From Felis catus (lineage: Eukaryota), in assembly GCF_018350175.1 (NCBI RefSeq), contig NC_058368.1, positions 190,342,001 to 190,406,000 of the forward strand: 64,000 nt of DNA, written 5' to 3'. The notes beneath the pieces are model-generated. The model had not been told where the DNA came from. It searched no databases and saw only the letters and a list, made by a program, of their open reading frames with translations. Made by a program: the position numbers and the translations under genes. This document shows positions 13,303-27,095 of this stretch, piece after piece; position 1 is the stretch's first letter, and the number at the start of each line of letters is the position of its first letter.

Positions 13303-14910
13303 AGGGAGGATTAGGGATTAAAATTCCATGAGGAATCTTAAATTCTGACTTTGGAGGATCTGATCTTGCAGGTCTAGGTGGCACCTGACCAAAACTCTTA
13401 AATTAGAGTTCTAATGTGAACTGCAATTACAATGAGATGAAGGAGCAGTGGTGATCTGATAACTGTTACAAGGTTAAAAGTTAATACAGTCTTTCAATCT
13501 TGTGAGGGTCAAAATATATCTCTGCATTCCTAGTTATAATGAATATTCCTGATAGACTGATTCCTCAAAGTGAGATATCTGCGATAGCCTGGCACTTCTT
13601 GAAATTACTGATGTCCAGACCACAGAGATTCTGATTTCATTGTTCTGGAGTGGGCCTTGGGCACTGGTTTTAAGAAATCTAGATGACTTAACTGTGTAGT
13701 GGGCTAAAGGAATATTGTATTTGTACTCTGCTCTAGCTAGTTGAAGCAAAATGACAAACTTTTGAAATGATAACTGTGCTGTTATATGATGAAAGGATAA
13801 ATTGACCATCCAAACTATTAACAGGACTAGGAAGGGGTCCAGAGCATCTGACTCAAACTCCATTCAGATCCCTTTATTATTTCTCCTGTATGGTTTCTTT
13901 CTGTTAGCTTCATTCTCTTTACAAACCAGCCTTTTTATGAATGGATGGAAAACATGGCTGCTAACAGCTCCCAAGTGTTAAGTCTTTCTGCCCCACTGCC
14001 TGAAAAAAGGAGGACTAATTAACCAGTCCAGAGAGGGAATTAGGGGTGGCATTCCTGATCCCAGCTGGGGCCTGAATCCTGTAAGAATTTGGCAGTCCCC
14101 AAGATGTCCACGTATGGAAGATAGTCTACCTCTTGAGAAAGGAGGTGCTGAGTTGATCATACTGTAGATACCCACTACAAATTGAGCACATGTAAGTTTT
14201 TGATAAAAATAAACAGGTTGTATCTTAACTAAATAGAATTTAAGTAAAAATTTGAAAATAAAGGGAAAAAAATAAATAGGTTGTGTTAATTTATATTCCC
14301 AATCCCTCTCCTCCCCATCATTTGTTAATTGTCTTCATTTAGTGAAAAATGTGGCCCTCTGCCTGACACTGGTCTAGTTACTAGGGAAATGGAGAGTGGG
14401 GAGGAAAATGAAAGATGAGCAAGAAAACAAATGTGTTTTAACTTTCTGGCCATTACAACACTCAGAAGAATCTTCTAATTTTATTCCTATTGCTTGCTAA
14501 AAATTCCTTGTCCATGTTATCTTTTCAAATTATGTTTACATGTGCACATTTGTTAAGGGCTTTGGAAGGAAGCTTCAACTGTGTTGTGCTGTGTTTCTGA
14601 GAAAAGGTCTGTGCTAGATTCTGAGGTCACTGGGAACACCAAATAGAAGTGTCTCATGAGGAAATAAAAAGCATGATTTGGGTGAAAAAGGCTATTAATG
14701 CCTGCAGCATAGGGAAGAGTTTGGAGCTGGAGAAGCACATGGAGGGCAGATTATAGGCTTTAGGTAAAGGGAAGGAGTTTGTTTTTCCCTAAATAAGAAT
14801 GGAAATCAATAACAACTGTTGAGAGATCTTTGCTAACACTGCTCTAATCACTTTACGTACATATATTCATTTTATTCTCGCAACATCCCAATGAAATCAG
14901 TATGATTTTT

Positions 14911-15162
14911 TTTTCAATATGTGAAATTTATTGTCAAATTGGTTTCCATACAATACCCAGTGCTCATCCCAAAATGTGCCCTCCTCAATACCCATCACCC
15001 ACCCTCCCCTCCCTCCCACCCCCCATCAACCCTCAGTTCTCAGTTTTTAAGAGTCTCTCATGCTTTGGCTCTCTCCAACTCTAACCTCTTTTTTTTTTTT
15101 TTTTCTTCCCCTCCCCCATGGGTTTCTGTTAAGTTTCTCAGGATCCACATAAGAGTGAAAAC
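14911..15162 (-). mobile_element. 5'-truncated feline L1 3' end inserted in a MIR
   Basis: Antisense L1 3'UTR; TSD atcagtatgattttt at 14896-14910 and 15163-15177; MIR core (acagatgaggaagcagaggttcagagag) resumes after it. Confidence 0.88.
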
Positions 15163-15618
15163 ATCAGTATGATTTTTATATCCATTACAGATGAGGAAGC
15201 AGAGGTTCAGAGAGCTTATGTAATTTACCCAAGGTCACCAAGCTAGTGGGTAGCAGAACCAGGATTGAAACCTAGTTTCAAAACCTAAACACTCAACCTC
15301 CATACTTTAGCACCTTCCTACTGCATCATATAATTAATAAGTCATCGTGGATCCTAGAATGGAATCCCATATTTTGATCCTAAAGTCCATACTCTCAGAG
15401 ACTACACGATCCTGGGCTGAGGGAGGAACAGATCTGTAGATGGAAATTAGTGTTAAGGCATTTATGTCTTAGACCTCCATAGGTATCTTAAGGAGATACT
15501 GTGCTTATAGGGCTAATGTTCCATAAAAACCACTCTTGGCAGGTATTCTGCCACTTTATGAAACTGAGGATCAGTTTTGTGGCTTGCCCAGGTGGTGTAT
15601 CTAAATTAGAATCTGGGT

Positions 15619-15920
15619 CAGGGTTGACAAACTTTTTCTGTAAACACCGGTTAGTAAATACTTCAGCCATTGAAGACTGTAAGGTCTGTCACAACTACTG
15701 AATTATTGTGGTACAAAAGCAGCCATAGACCATACCTGAGTAAATGAACGTGGCTATGTTCCAATACAACTTTATAGGCACTGAAACTTGAATTTAATAA
15801 TTTTCACGTTATGAAACATTCTTTTGATTTTTTAAAACCATTTAAACATATAAAATAATCCTTAGCTTGTGGCCTGTACAAAAACAGGCCACTGACTGAA
15901 TTTGGCCTATGGGCTATGAT
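15619..15920 (+). mobile_element. MER58-like DNA transposon
   Basis: cagggttgacaaactttttctgtaaa... and gtggctatgttccaatacaacttt... motifs. Confidence 0.7.
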
Positions 15921-17259
15921 CTGGGTGGTTGGATTCAAAACCCTAGAGTGTGTGCACAAAACCACAAAAAAATCACAGAAATAAAAATTATAGAATTATT
16001 CTAAGGCCTAAATAAGATTATGGCTACAAACCACTTGGCACAATTTCTGGTATTTAGGAATCTATCCAAGGTCAGTTAATATCTTCCCTGATAAGACTTT
16101 TGTCTTCACGTGGCATTTAGATTCAGATCGAAGAACTGTTCTCAAATTGCAATGCAATGAGTCTAACAGTAAGTGGCACTCTTCCCTTGAGTTCAGAAGC
16201 TGCAACCAGGGAGAAGGCTAGAGATGCTCAGTGCTAATGATACTGAGCTTTGTTTTTAATTCAACAAGTGAAACTCGTTGCCTGTGCCTCTGGCCTACAA
16301 AATCTTTTCTCATGGAGAGAACAGGGTGTGAATTTTTCAAAATAATCAGTATTATGTTGTGAATACAAGTCTTGTATTCAGAGCCTTGCTCTCCTGGACA
16401 AGACCTGGGGAAGGCCTCAGGCACTGTTGGTTAGCACTGAGTGAATGATGACAAGATGTTTCTTACATTTGCTTAACACACAAGACCAAGGTCTGTGAAG
16501 CTGCTGGTTCCCTGTCTACCACTAGGTTTGGAATAAGGGAAGACATTCAAAGGATGGGACTCAGGTGGGGAGGTGTATGGCTGGGCTGATCAGGAATGCA
16601 TTGTATCAGAACTACAAGGAAAGATGTCTTTTGCCTCTTTATTGACTTTCCCATTCATTCATTCATTCATTCGACCAACATGAGGATCTGCTATGAATAC
16701 CATGCAACTGTTAGGAACTGTTAAGAATGAGAATACTGACATGGAAAGATATTCTGGATATGATAAAATCAGGTTAAGATGTGTAGTCTGAGTTCATATT
16801 TGTGTCTATCAGTGGATAGCCAAATTGGAAAAATAAAAATGATCTTATGGATGAATAAATTGAGACTGAAGAATGTAACTTACTATACACTAAGGACATT
16901 TCAACTAGCAATGAGAAAATTAAAATTCAGGTTTAAAAGAGAAGAGAATGAGCAAGGCATGGTAGAATTGGGGCCCTACTAATTACTAGCTCTGTAGCCT
17001 TGGTTGACACTCAATTTTCTTAACTATGATAATTCTAGCACCCATCTCCTAGGGTAGGTAGTGTTAATGCAGAAAGTGAAAGAGAAGACCTATTCCAATT
17101 CTTTCTGAAACTCGTTTGTCCCCAAGCAACATAGTCCATTAGGTCTCAGGCTTGCTAATCAATCTGTGCAGAAATATCTGATCTGGGAGGGCTGAGATGG
17201 TGCCTGCTTGAGTGGTGCATGAGCCTGGGCTCTAAGCCACTGCTCCTTTAGGAGAAAGT

Positions 17260-19600
17260 GATAAAAATAAAAAAGAGGAAGGCACAAATAATAGCAGAAA
17301 TGAAAAAGGAGAATTCCTATAGATTTTATAAACAGTATGAAATAATACGAAAATATTAGGTGTGAAAATCTAGACAAAATGGACAAATTCTTATAAAATT
17401 ACCAATTTTGCTTAAGAATAGAAAACTTGAATAGAAAAAAATCTTAATGATTTTTTTTTTTTTAAAGAAACCAGTAGTCAAAATCTCATAAAACTTTAAG
17501 TTCAAATAGCTTTGCTGGCAAGTTCTATCAAGCATTGCCAGAAAAACAAAACAAAACAAACTTATTTTATACAGACTCTTCCAGAGAATAGATAAGGGGA
17601 ACATTTTATAAGAATAGCATAAACAAAATATCAGTACATTCAACCTAGGAATATACAAAAATAAAAAAGTAATGTTTATTTTAGGAATGTAGAATAGAAA
17701 ATTAATGTAGTCTGACACAATAGTAGATTAAAGGAGAAAAATCACTGAATCATCTCAACTGATGCACAAAAGGCATTTATAAAATTTAGTATCCATTCAC
17801 GAAAAAAGAAAAGTCTCTTGGATATTTAGAAATGGAGGAGAACTTCGCCAACATAATAAACAGTAGCTCCATAAAACTACACCATAATACATACCCAAGT
17901 TGGAAGCTGAAACCTTTTCTTTAAGAGCTAGAATGAAACAGGATGCCTGCTATCAAAATTTCTGTTAAATTTGAACTAGATTCCCTATCCAGCATGGCAA
18001 GGAAAAAAAATGTAGGATTGAAAATGAAGACACTAAACTGGCATTATTTGCAAGAAATATGACTATCTATACAGAAAATGCAATATAATCTATAGATAAT
18101 TTATTAATAAGATAATTTACTGGTTGGAGGAAAAAAAAATTCTAAAATAGAGTGCATTTCAGAATACCAGAAACAAACAACATAAAAACTTAAAAACAAG
18201 ATACTATGTAAAATAGTATCAATAATATAAAGTACCTAGAAGAAAATCAAGGTACCAGTTGAAGACCTCTATGGAGAAAAGTTAAAAATTTTATTAAGGG
18301 AAAAATTAAAGAAAATCTAGATAGATAAAACATGTTTATGGACTGGAACACTCAATATTGTAAAGAGGCCAAATTTATTCCACAAAGTGGGAATATTTAT
18401 TTATAACAGATATTTATTTATAACAGATTAAATCAGGAGGACTGGTATCCAAAATATGTAAATTATTCATATAATTTGATAGGCAAAAAATTGAGAAACC
18501 CAACAGAAAAATGGGCAAAATAAATATTTGTCCTCTTAGCACTCTCCAAATCCAAATGTTTCACAAACAAAAGAAAAGGTACTTTATTAACCTCTCTAGT
18601 AAAGAAGAAAATGCAAATTAAAGCCACAGTGAGAAGCTATCATATCCTTTAGCAGTTTGGGGAAAAAAAAATCTGGCAATGCTAAGTGTTGGTGAGGATA
18701 CATAATAAGATAAATTCTTATATACTGCTTGGAGATGTCTTGGGAAACAGGCATCTAATAAGGTCCAAAATGTATATCCCCTCTTACCCAGTAATTCCAC
18801 TCAGAAATATACTCCAGAGAAGGTTCTGTATGTGTGCATCAGGATTTGAGTACGAGAATGTCCAGGGTGGCATTGTTAGTGATAACTGAAACAGAAGATG
18901 AAGTGCTCATCTAAAATAAAATGAACAAATAATTTTTTTATGTTTTTATTTATTTTTTGAGAGGGAGAGAAACAGAGAGAGAGAGAGAGAGAGAATGCAA
19001 GTAAGAGAAGGGCAGAGAGAGAGGGAGACACAGAATCGGAAGCAGGCTCCAGGCTCTGAGCTGTCAGCACAGAGCCCAACATGGGCCTTGAGCTCATGAA
19101 CCGTGAGATCATGACCTGAGACAAAGTCAGATGCTTAACCAACTGAGCCACCCAGGCGCCAAAAAATGAACATATAATTTGGGACATATCCATTCCCAGA
19201 AAAATATCCAGTAATAAACAACCCATAGGAATACACAACAGCATGAACTAACCTCATGAATACATTGTTGAGTGAAAGAAGCAAAACACAAAAACTTGCA
19301 GATGATGTGATATCATTCATATGATGTTAAAAAACAAGCAAAACCATACATATAATTTTGGAATGCAAACACAGGTGGTAAAACCGCAAAATAAACCAAA
19401 TGATTATTGCAAGGTTTAGAATAGTAATTATCTGTAGGAGAGGAGGAAGATTTTGTGATCAGGAAAAGACATACGAGCTCGGAATGGGTGTCAGCAGGAC
19501 TTGAGGAGATTGGGAGTGTTTTCCCTTTTGTTTTGAGTCCTGGTTGAGTGTTTGCTTTATAAACATCTGTACCCTATAAATTTATATGTGCAATGTTTTA
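17260..19600 (+). mobile_element. Ancient L1M fragments (ORF2/3'UTR), interrupted by a SINE
   Basis: Degenerate L1 ORF2 phrases (gaaaatctagacaaaatggacaaattc, catctcaactgatgcacaaaaggcattt, gaaaaatgggcaaa). Confidence 0.7.
18935..19160 (-). mobile_element. CAN-SINE
   Basis: Full body; TSD aaaatgaaca(a/t)ataatt. Confidence 0.92.
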
Positions 19601-19871
19601 TATATCTGTCATATTTTCCACCAGACAGCAGTTTAACCTCAAAACCATGTTGTGACATCATCATGCACCCATTGTCTTGGAAAAAATTAAAAAGTCTGAC
19701 GGAACTGTTACTGGCAAGATATGGAGCATCGTAAGAGTTCTCCCTGGCAGTGAGAATGTAAAGTGGAGTAAGCGCTTTGGAAAACTTCTCACCCACAGTC
19801 CTGTAAAGTGGATGCCTATGAAAACAGAAAAATGACAAAGTAGGTCAGGGACCAAGAGGGAAAGTAGGAGA

Positions 19872-19968
19872 AGGGGAGGGGAGGGGAGGGGAGGGGAGGG
19901 GAGGGGAGGGGAGGGGACGGGAGAGGGGGAGAAGGGGAGGGGAGGGGAAGGGGAGGGGAGGGGAGGGA
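19872..19968. repeat. (GGGGA)n purine tract
   Basis: Directly visible. Confidence 0.95.
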
Positions 19969-20774
19969 GAAAAAAAAAAGAAAGAGACCTCATGGGATTG
20001 ATGAGGAGTATGTGGCTTGAACTGAGCAGTTCAATTAGCTTGACAATCTGCACCTGAAGTAAAAGACTAATAATTAAAGACCAGAAAGAAGTGGCACCAC
20101 ACTGGAGATGTGCTCAGGACGAGTGACCATTCATGCAGCTCCCCACACCAGAGTGGTCTCTGGAGGAAGTAGTGGGATCTGCATTTTCATGAGGAGACCG
20201 CAGGTAGGAGCTCCCACAGTGACTCATACAGAGTTCAATGGAATTTTCTTGACGGTAGACCCCCTTTCATTTCTCAGTTTCGTCACTGGGAGTCTCGCTG
20301 AGTTATTAAGGTACATTATTTTGCACCGCTCCCCACTTCCTCTGCTCTGAAGAGTTTGGTTATGTGGGCAGGGGCAGCATTAACTTCCCTCTGGAGTTAC
20401 TTGCTGAGTAAGTGTTGCGATATCTCAGAATGCTGACTTGTCCTTGCTGGGCCATGGTTTTCTATGCTGTGCGCACTGGAGAGGGCTCTAAACTGCTTCT
20501 TGCCTTGGTTTGAGAGTGACCTTCAGCTTAATCTCACTGGCATCCATCTATAGTCGCTAAATATAAAAACTGTCTATAAACATGAAAGCTCTTTATCATC
20601 TTCCCAGCATTGTGAAGAGCATGTCCTTGTAAGTTCAAAAGCACTTGATTAGTAAAATGCCAGGGTTTTTTTTTGCAAGAAAAAGAACCATGCTCATTTG
20701 GAAGGTAGGTTTCCTTTTCCCAGCTCTCCACACCACCTATTTCTGGGCGAGTGTCTGTACTGGACATTTTCTTT

Positions 20775-21215
20775 GGCTGCTCAGCATCCATTTTCCCTTT
20801 TGGAATGCACCACACTTTTTCTTTAGGGGAACCACCTTCTTTCACTTTGAGAACACAAGGTTTGGGGATGTGACCCAGGCTCAACCCAATTAGTCCTTTG
20901 TGACCCTGTGGACACAGAGAGTTCAGGAATGAGTTGGTGACCCAATGTGAGCCTTTGAGGGAATGTGAATCACTGGACCTGTGTGAGAACAGCCAAGAGA
21001 CGTTCTTGGTATGTGGCCATGTGCTCTGCAGGTGCAGTGGAGGGACACCATCTAGAATCTGAGGAAGGAGCCAAAAATGGAGGCAGCTAGAAGTAGGTCC
21101 CCAGTGACCTCACTGAGGCCATTGAGTCAAGTCTGCCTGAAGCTAAACTTTTCAATAATGTCAGTCAATAAACTGACTTCATAGTTTAAGCTAGTTAGTT
21201 GGGTTTTCTGTCAGC
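20775..21215 (+). mobile_element. MLT1-type MaLR LTR remnant
   Basis: Typical 3' end: aagtctgcctgaagct...gtcaataaa...tttaagctagtt...gggttttctgtca. Confidence 0.6.
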
Positions 21216-21556
21216 TGGTGAGAGAAGAAGGGTTTATTGGCATCAGAACAGCATTAAGATCAGCATGAGAGGTGTTCTGTAGCAAGGGAGAAAATCATTT
21301 GTCTTGTAAAAGGATCATTATCCCGAAGACCCTGAAGGATCTGGGGTTCCCTCCAGGGATGCCCGGGATCTTTGGTCTGAAGTAACCCTCTCAGTGCTGG
21401 GGTGGGGAGGGCAATGCTGAAAGCAACCTGATGCAAATCAGTGTACCGAGACCACAAACATAAAAGTAAAATAAAAATAAAAGGACTTTCGTCTGAGGTA
21501 AAGTCTACAAACTGATAGGCAGTCTATATATATTTAGGTATAAAGACATCTTTTGT

Positions 21557-21723
21557 GGGGCGCCCAGGTGGCTCAATCAGTTGAGCATCCGACTTCAGCT
21601 CAGGTTATGATTTCAGAGTTCGTGAGTTCAAGCTCTGCATCAGGCTCTGTGCTGACAGCTCAGAGCCTGGAGCCTGCTTCGGATTCTGTGTCTCTCTTGC
21701 TTTCTGCCCCTCCCCTGCTCATG

Positions 21724-21754
<31 letters not shown>

Positions 21755-21895
21755 CCTCTCCCTCTCCCTCTCTCTCTCTCCCTCTCCCTCTCCCTCTCCC
21801 TCTCCCTCTCCCTCTCCCTCTCCCTCTCCCTCTCCCTCCCTCTCTCTCTCTCTCTCAAAAATGAATAAATATTAAAAAATATATTTTTTAAAAAA
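21557..21895 (+). mobile_element. CAN-SINE with expanded (CT)/(CTCTCC)n tract
   Basis: ggggcgcccaggtggctca start; long pyrimidine microsatellite ~21727-21856; A-rich tail. Confidence 0.93.
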
Positions 21896-22020
21896 GGAAA
21901 TGTTTTGTACCTTCTCCTAGATCGCTTTGTGTTCATGATGTTCCTAATTGTTTATGAGTGAGACTTTCTTTCTGGTGATATACTCACAAGATGTACTCAC
22001 ATGAACATGCTTGTATACAG

Positions 22021-22218
22021 TTTTTAAAGTTTATTTTGAGAGAGAGAGAGAACACGCAAAAGCAGGGGAGGGGCAGAGAGAGAGGGAGAGAGAGAGAATC
22101 CCAAGCAGGCTCTATACTGTCAGTGCAGATCCCAATGCTTGAACCCATGAACCGTGAGGTCGTGACCTGAGCTGAAGTCGAGTCGGGCACTTAATTGACT
22201 GAGCCACCTAGGTGCCCC
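22021..22218 (-). mobile_element. CAN-SINE (older subfamily)
   Basis: Antisense body ending ggtgcccc; degenerate TSD catg(c/t)ttgtata. Confidence 0.88.
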
Positions 22219-22459
22219 GATCATGTTTGTATATTAGAGACACATAGAAAAATATCTGAAAGGAGATCCATTATGTTGACAGGGGGTATTTTGTGAAACT
22301 GAGATTATGGCATTTTTTTATCTATCTATCCATCTTGCCATCTATCTATCTATCTATCTGTCTTCTTATTTTATTTTTTTCAGAATTATCTACAGTAACC
22401 ATAACTTATATAATAAAAAAGTTTTCAAGTACTATACAGACACACAGGTTTACAAGTAC

Positions 22460-22776
22460 TTTTATTTAATTATTTAAGTTTTATTTAAATTCCAGTCCAT
22501 TAACGTACAGTGTAGTGTTAGTTTCAAGTGTACAATATAGTGACTCAGCAATTCCATATAGTACCTGGTGCTCATCACAAGTACTGTCCTTAATCCCCAT
22601 CACCTATTTCAGCCATCCCCCACTGACCTCCGCTCTGGTAACCATCAGTTTGTTCTCTAGAGTTAGGAGTGTGTTTCTCTCTCTCTCTTCTCCTTTGCTC
22701 GTTTGTTTTGTTTCTTAAATTCCACACATGAGTGAAATCATATGGTATGATTTGTCATGTGACTGACTTATTTCCA
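22460..22776 (-). mobile_element. Carnivore L1 3' end fragment
   Basis: Antisense L1 3'UTR (ttagtttcaagtgtacaatatagtga...taaattccacacatgagtgaaatcatatgg). Confidence 0.8.
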
Positions 22777-23177
22777 ACAAGCACTTTTAAAGAGAAGTCA
22801 CATGAGTTGCAGTTTGGAAGTCAGAAGATCTAGCTCAAGATTTCTTCACTTCTTACCCTTAAAATCCGATGTTACTGCCTCCCTTTGCAAAATTTTGGGA
22901 CTAATACTCTATGGGAACTGAGATGTTGTGGTTTAAATAAGAGAAGACTTTTTATTCAAATCAAGTACATATAGGATTCCATATGTAGTCATCTCTCCAA
23001 TACCCATTCTTCTGCAGCTCCCCAATTGTACAAGGTAGATTCTAATTGGACTGAATTTTTCCAGATAATCCCATCTATATCACCCTTGTTCTCCTGTCTC
23101 CTGAACTGGGTAAAATTCTCTACTTCCATTTTATGAATTTTGTCAAGTGGCCCTTTCATTATCTGTCATTGTGAATT

Positions 23178-23408
23178 ATTTTTTTTTTTTTAATTTTTAA
23201 AAAATGTTTTATTTATTTTTGAGACAGAGAGAGACAGAGCGTGAGCAGGGGAGGGGCAGAGAGAGAGAGTGAGACACAGAATCCAAAGCAGGCTCCAGGC
23301 TCTGAGCTGTCAGCACAGAGCCCGATGTGGGGCTCAAACTCACAGACTGTGAGATCATGATCTGAGCCGAAGTCAGACGCTTAACCGACTGAGCCACCCA
23401 GCCGCCCC
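23178..23408 (-). mobile_element. CAN-SINE
   Basis: TSD tgtcattgtgaatt at 23164-23177 and 23409-23422. Confidence 0.94.
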
Positions 23409-23489
23409 TGTCATTGTGAATTCTAACAACACATAATTCTGATGTTTTCATTGGGTGCTTAGAGGCTATCTTTAGGGAGTCAGAAGTTT

Positions 23490-23521
<32 letters not shown>

Positions 23522-23994
23522 TTGCCACTTTTCCTGTTGACACGGAAAAAGCAAAAACACAAACAATCTGCAGTGGTATTGTATACAGTAGTTTTTATGT
23601 AGTACTCTCTACCTAATTATAGACAGCCCTCTCCAAACACTCCCTTAAGAGAATTCACAATACAACTTTCTAAACACAATTTAGAAATGAATTAATTACA
23701 ATACAAAAGGCTTCTTTACCAGAAACACATTTAAGTGTTCCTTTTATAAACCAAACTTCCATTGCACATAATTAAAGAATCATAGGCCTCTATGGATCTT
23801 TTATGATCAACATTACAAATAAACAGACATGAAGCATCCATTTCACGGGGATAATAACATTATTGTTTTTGCCTAATGTTTCCATCTAGTGGCATCCACA
23901 TGGCTGCAATAAAGAATGGGGAAGTTCTATAGCAGCTGGAATGAAGAGATATTTGGAATAGAAAGTTAATTAATTAATTGGTTAATTAATTAAT

Positions 23995-24205
23995 TTTCTT
24001 TTAAACTTTTTATTTAAATTCAAGTTAGTTAACATACAGTGCAATATTGCTTTCAGGAGTAGAAATCAGTGATTCATCACTTACATAAGACACCCAGCTC
24101 TCATCCCAACAAGTGCCCTCCTTAATGCCCATCATCCATCTAACCCATCCCCCACCCACCTTCCATCCATTAACCTTCAGTTTGTTCTCTATTGTTAAGA
24201 GTCTT
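23995..24205 (-). mobile_element. Older L1 3' end, left half (continues at 31165-31278)
   Basis: Antisense L1 3'UTR broken at ...attgttaagagtct; resumes as aagaatctcttatggtttg after the nested L1. Confidence 0.82.
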
Positions 24206-27095
24206 GAGGAGTCAACATGGCAGAGAAGTTTGAGGGCCAAAGTTCCCTTGTCCCTCAAACACAGCAGTATTGAGGCCAGAAGACTGGCAATTCAGGCTAC
24301 AGAGTGACAGAAACATCTCCAGGGGCCCACAGGGACAACAACTTGGTGGTCCATAGGTGCGTGATTACTAATGGGGAAAGATAAAACAGGCAGTGTAGGT
24401 AAGGAGGGGAGGGATTCCCTTCTGTGGAGAGACAAAAAGAAGAAGAAAGAGAGGCTGTGGAAGTGTAGGATTGTATTTGGACAAGAAGAAAACCACTCAC
24501 CAGGGAATGGAAAAAACAGAGAAAGAACCAATTTCTAACTGGGGGGCTTTCTTCACCCTGTTTGCACACCGTGGGCTTGGTAACCAGTTCAGAGTTGCAG
24601 TCGAAAAAAGCAGTCTTCTCCCTTGGGTGCTGTGGGAAGAAGGTATACAGTCTCCAAGCACAAAAGAACCTGCAGCAACCCACTAGCCAGAGGCCCTTTG
24701 TCAGTCGGCTGGCAGAGTGGCTCTACCCTGGAAGGGGGACATGTGGAGCGGGATCCTTTAAGACATCAACAAACTGGCCAACTTGTGCCCACACAGCACT
24801 CTGAGGATGGCCTGAACAGAGTGGTTTGGTGGGGGGAAGAGGGAGACTGGGACATTGCCAGTTTTCTCCTCATCACCAACAAGGTGGAGCTTCGGGGAAT
24901 GGAGAGTGGGCCCACATTGGAGGCGGGACCCACCTACACCAAACCACATCCCTCTGTGCCTGGAAACTGTGTATCTACTGGAGCAAGATTGACACTGACT
25001 GAACCAGAGAGCCCCTCCTCCAGACCAGCACAGCCACTGGCTCTAAGGCATCACTGGCTCTAAGGCACTCAGATATCAGATATTGGTCCAGCAGTTTTGT
25101 ATTTGCTGATTTGATTCTTGGTCAATTCTTAGTTTATATCATAGGCCTCTATGGATCTTTTATGATAAACTTTACAAATAAACTGAGACATGAACTGAGA
25201 CATGAATATAATATAATGTATATATTTCCTTACATATTATAAGGAAATATATTATATATATATATATATAAAATATGTATATTATATATATATAATTTTT
25301 TTCCTTATACCTTTTCTTCCTCTTATTCCTTTCCTTCTCTATTCTGGTTATTCTGGTTGTTGGTTTAAGCAGACATTTTTAATCTATTCTTTTTACTCAT
25401 CTTCTGTATCTCCTTCTTCTTTATTTTCCCCTCTCTCTCTGGGCTATACCATATAGTTTCTCTAATTCTCTTCCTGGTCAATTATTTTTCCTTTTCTTTT
25501 TCCCCACTCCTGTCATTTCTCTCTTTGTATGGGATAAAGTTTCTCTCACCACCACCCCCTTTTTAAAACTTTTTCCAGGGTTACTTCAATGAACAAATCA
25601 AAACACACCTGGTGGAAGGCCTAAACCACCACTATGAGTAGGGAGATAAAGCAACCAGGGTCTTAACAACAGAGAGTATGCAACACACTCCAAAAACACC
25701 TCCTGAAGAGCCAGGCCCTGGACAGTGTATGAGCCCTTTTAAATATAATAGTGCTAAAAGGTGCAGGATACATAATAAGCTATTAAAACACATAAGGGAC
25801 AGAAAACTAGCCAAAATGATGACCAGAAGAATTCTCAAAAGAAATTCCAGGAAGAAATGACAGCTAGAGAATTGCCCAAAACAGATATAAACAATATATC
25901 TGAGCAATAATTTAGAATAATAGTCATAAGATTAAGCTGGGCTCAGAAAAAGCATAGAAGACAGTAGAGAATCTATTGCTGCAGAGATCAAGGAACTAAG
26001 TAATAATCACAACAAATTAAGAAATGTTGTAAATGACGTGCAAAATAAACTAGATGCACTGGACAGCAAGGATGGAGGAAGCAGAGGGGAGAATAAGTGA
26101 AATAGAAGATAAAATTATGGAAAATGATGAAGCTGAGAAAAAGATAAGAAAATATTAGACCACAAGGGAAGAATTACAGAACTAAGTGATTCAATGAAAC
26201 ATAATAAAATTCATATCATATGAGTTCCAGAAGAAGAAAAGAGAGAAAAGGGCAGAAAGTTTACTTGAACAAATTATAGCTGAGAACTTCCCTAATTTGG
26301 GGAAGGAGGCAGACATTCAAATCCAGGAGGCACAGAGAACTCCCTTCAGATTTAACAAGAATAGGTCTTCTCCATGGCACATCATAGGGAAACTGGCAAA
26401 GTACAAAGATAAAGAGAGGATTATGAAAGCAGTTGGGGACAAACGTGTCTTAACCTACAAGGATAGACACATAAGGATAGTAGTAGACCTGTCCACTGAA
26501 ACTTGGCAGGCCAGAAGGGAGTGGCAGAAAATATTCAATGTGCTTTATAGGAAAAATATATAGCCAATAATCTTTTGTCCAGCAAAGTTGTCATTCAGAA
26601 TAGAAGGAGAGATAAAGCCTTTCCCAGACAAAAACTGAAGGAGTTCATGACCACTAAACCATCACTGCAAGAAATCCTAAGGGGGACTCTGTGAATGGAA
26701 CACTGCAAAGACTACAAAAGGACCAGAGACATCACCACAAGCACGAAACCTACAGATAACACAATGATACTAAATCTGTATCTTTCAATAACACTCTGAA
26801 TGTATATGGACTATATGCTCCAATCAAAAGACATAGGGTTTCAGAATGGATTAAAAAAAAAAAGATCCATCTATATACTGTCTACGAGAGACTCATTTTA
26901 GACCTGAGGACACCTTCAGGTTGAAAGTGAGGAGATGGAGAACCATCTATCATGCTACTGGAAGTCAAAAGCAAGCTGGAGTAGCCATACTTCTATCAGA
27001 CACACTAGATTTTAAACTAAAGGCTGTAACAAGAGATGAAGAAGGGCATTATATCACAATTATGGGGTCTATCCATCAAGAAGAGATAACAATTA

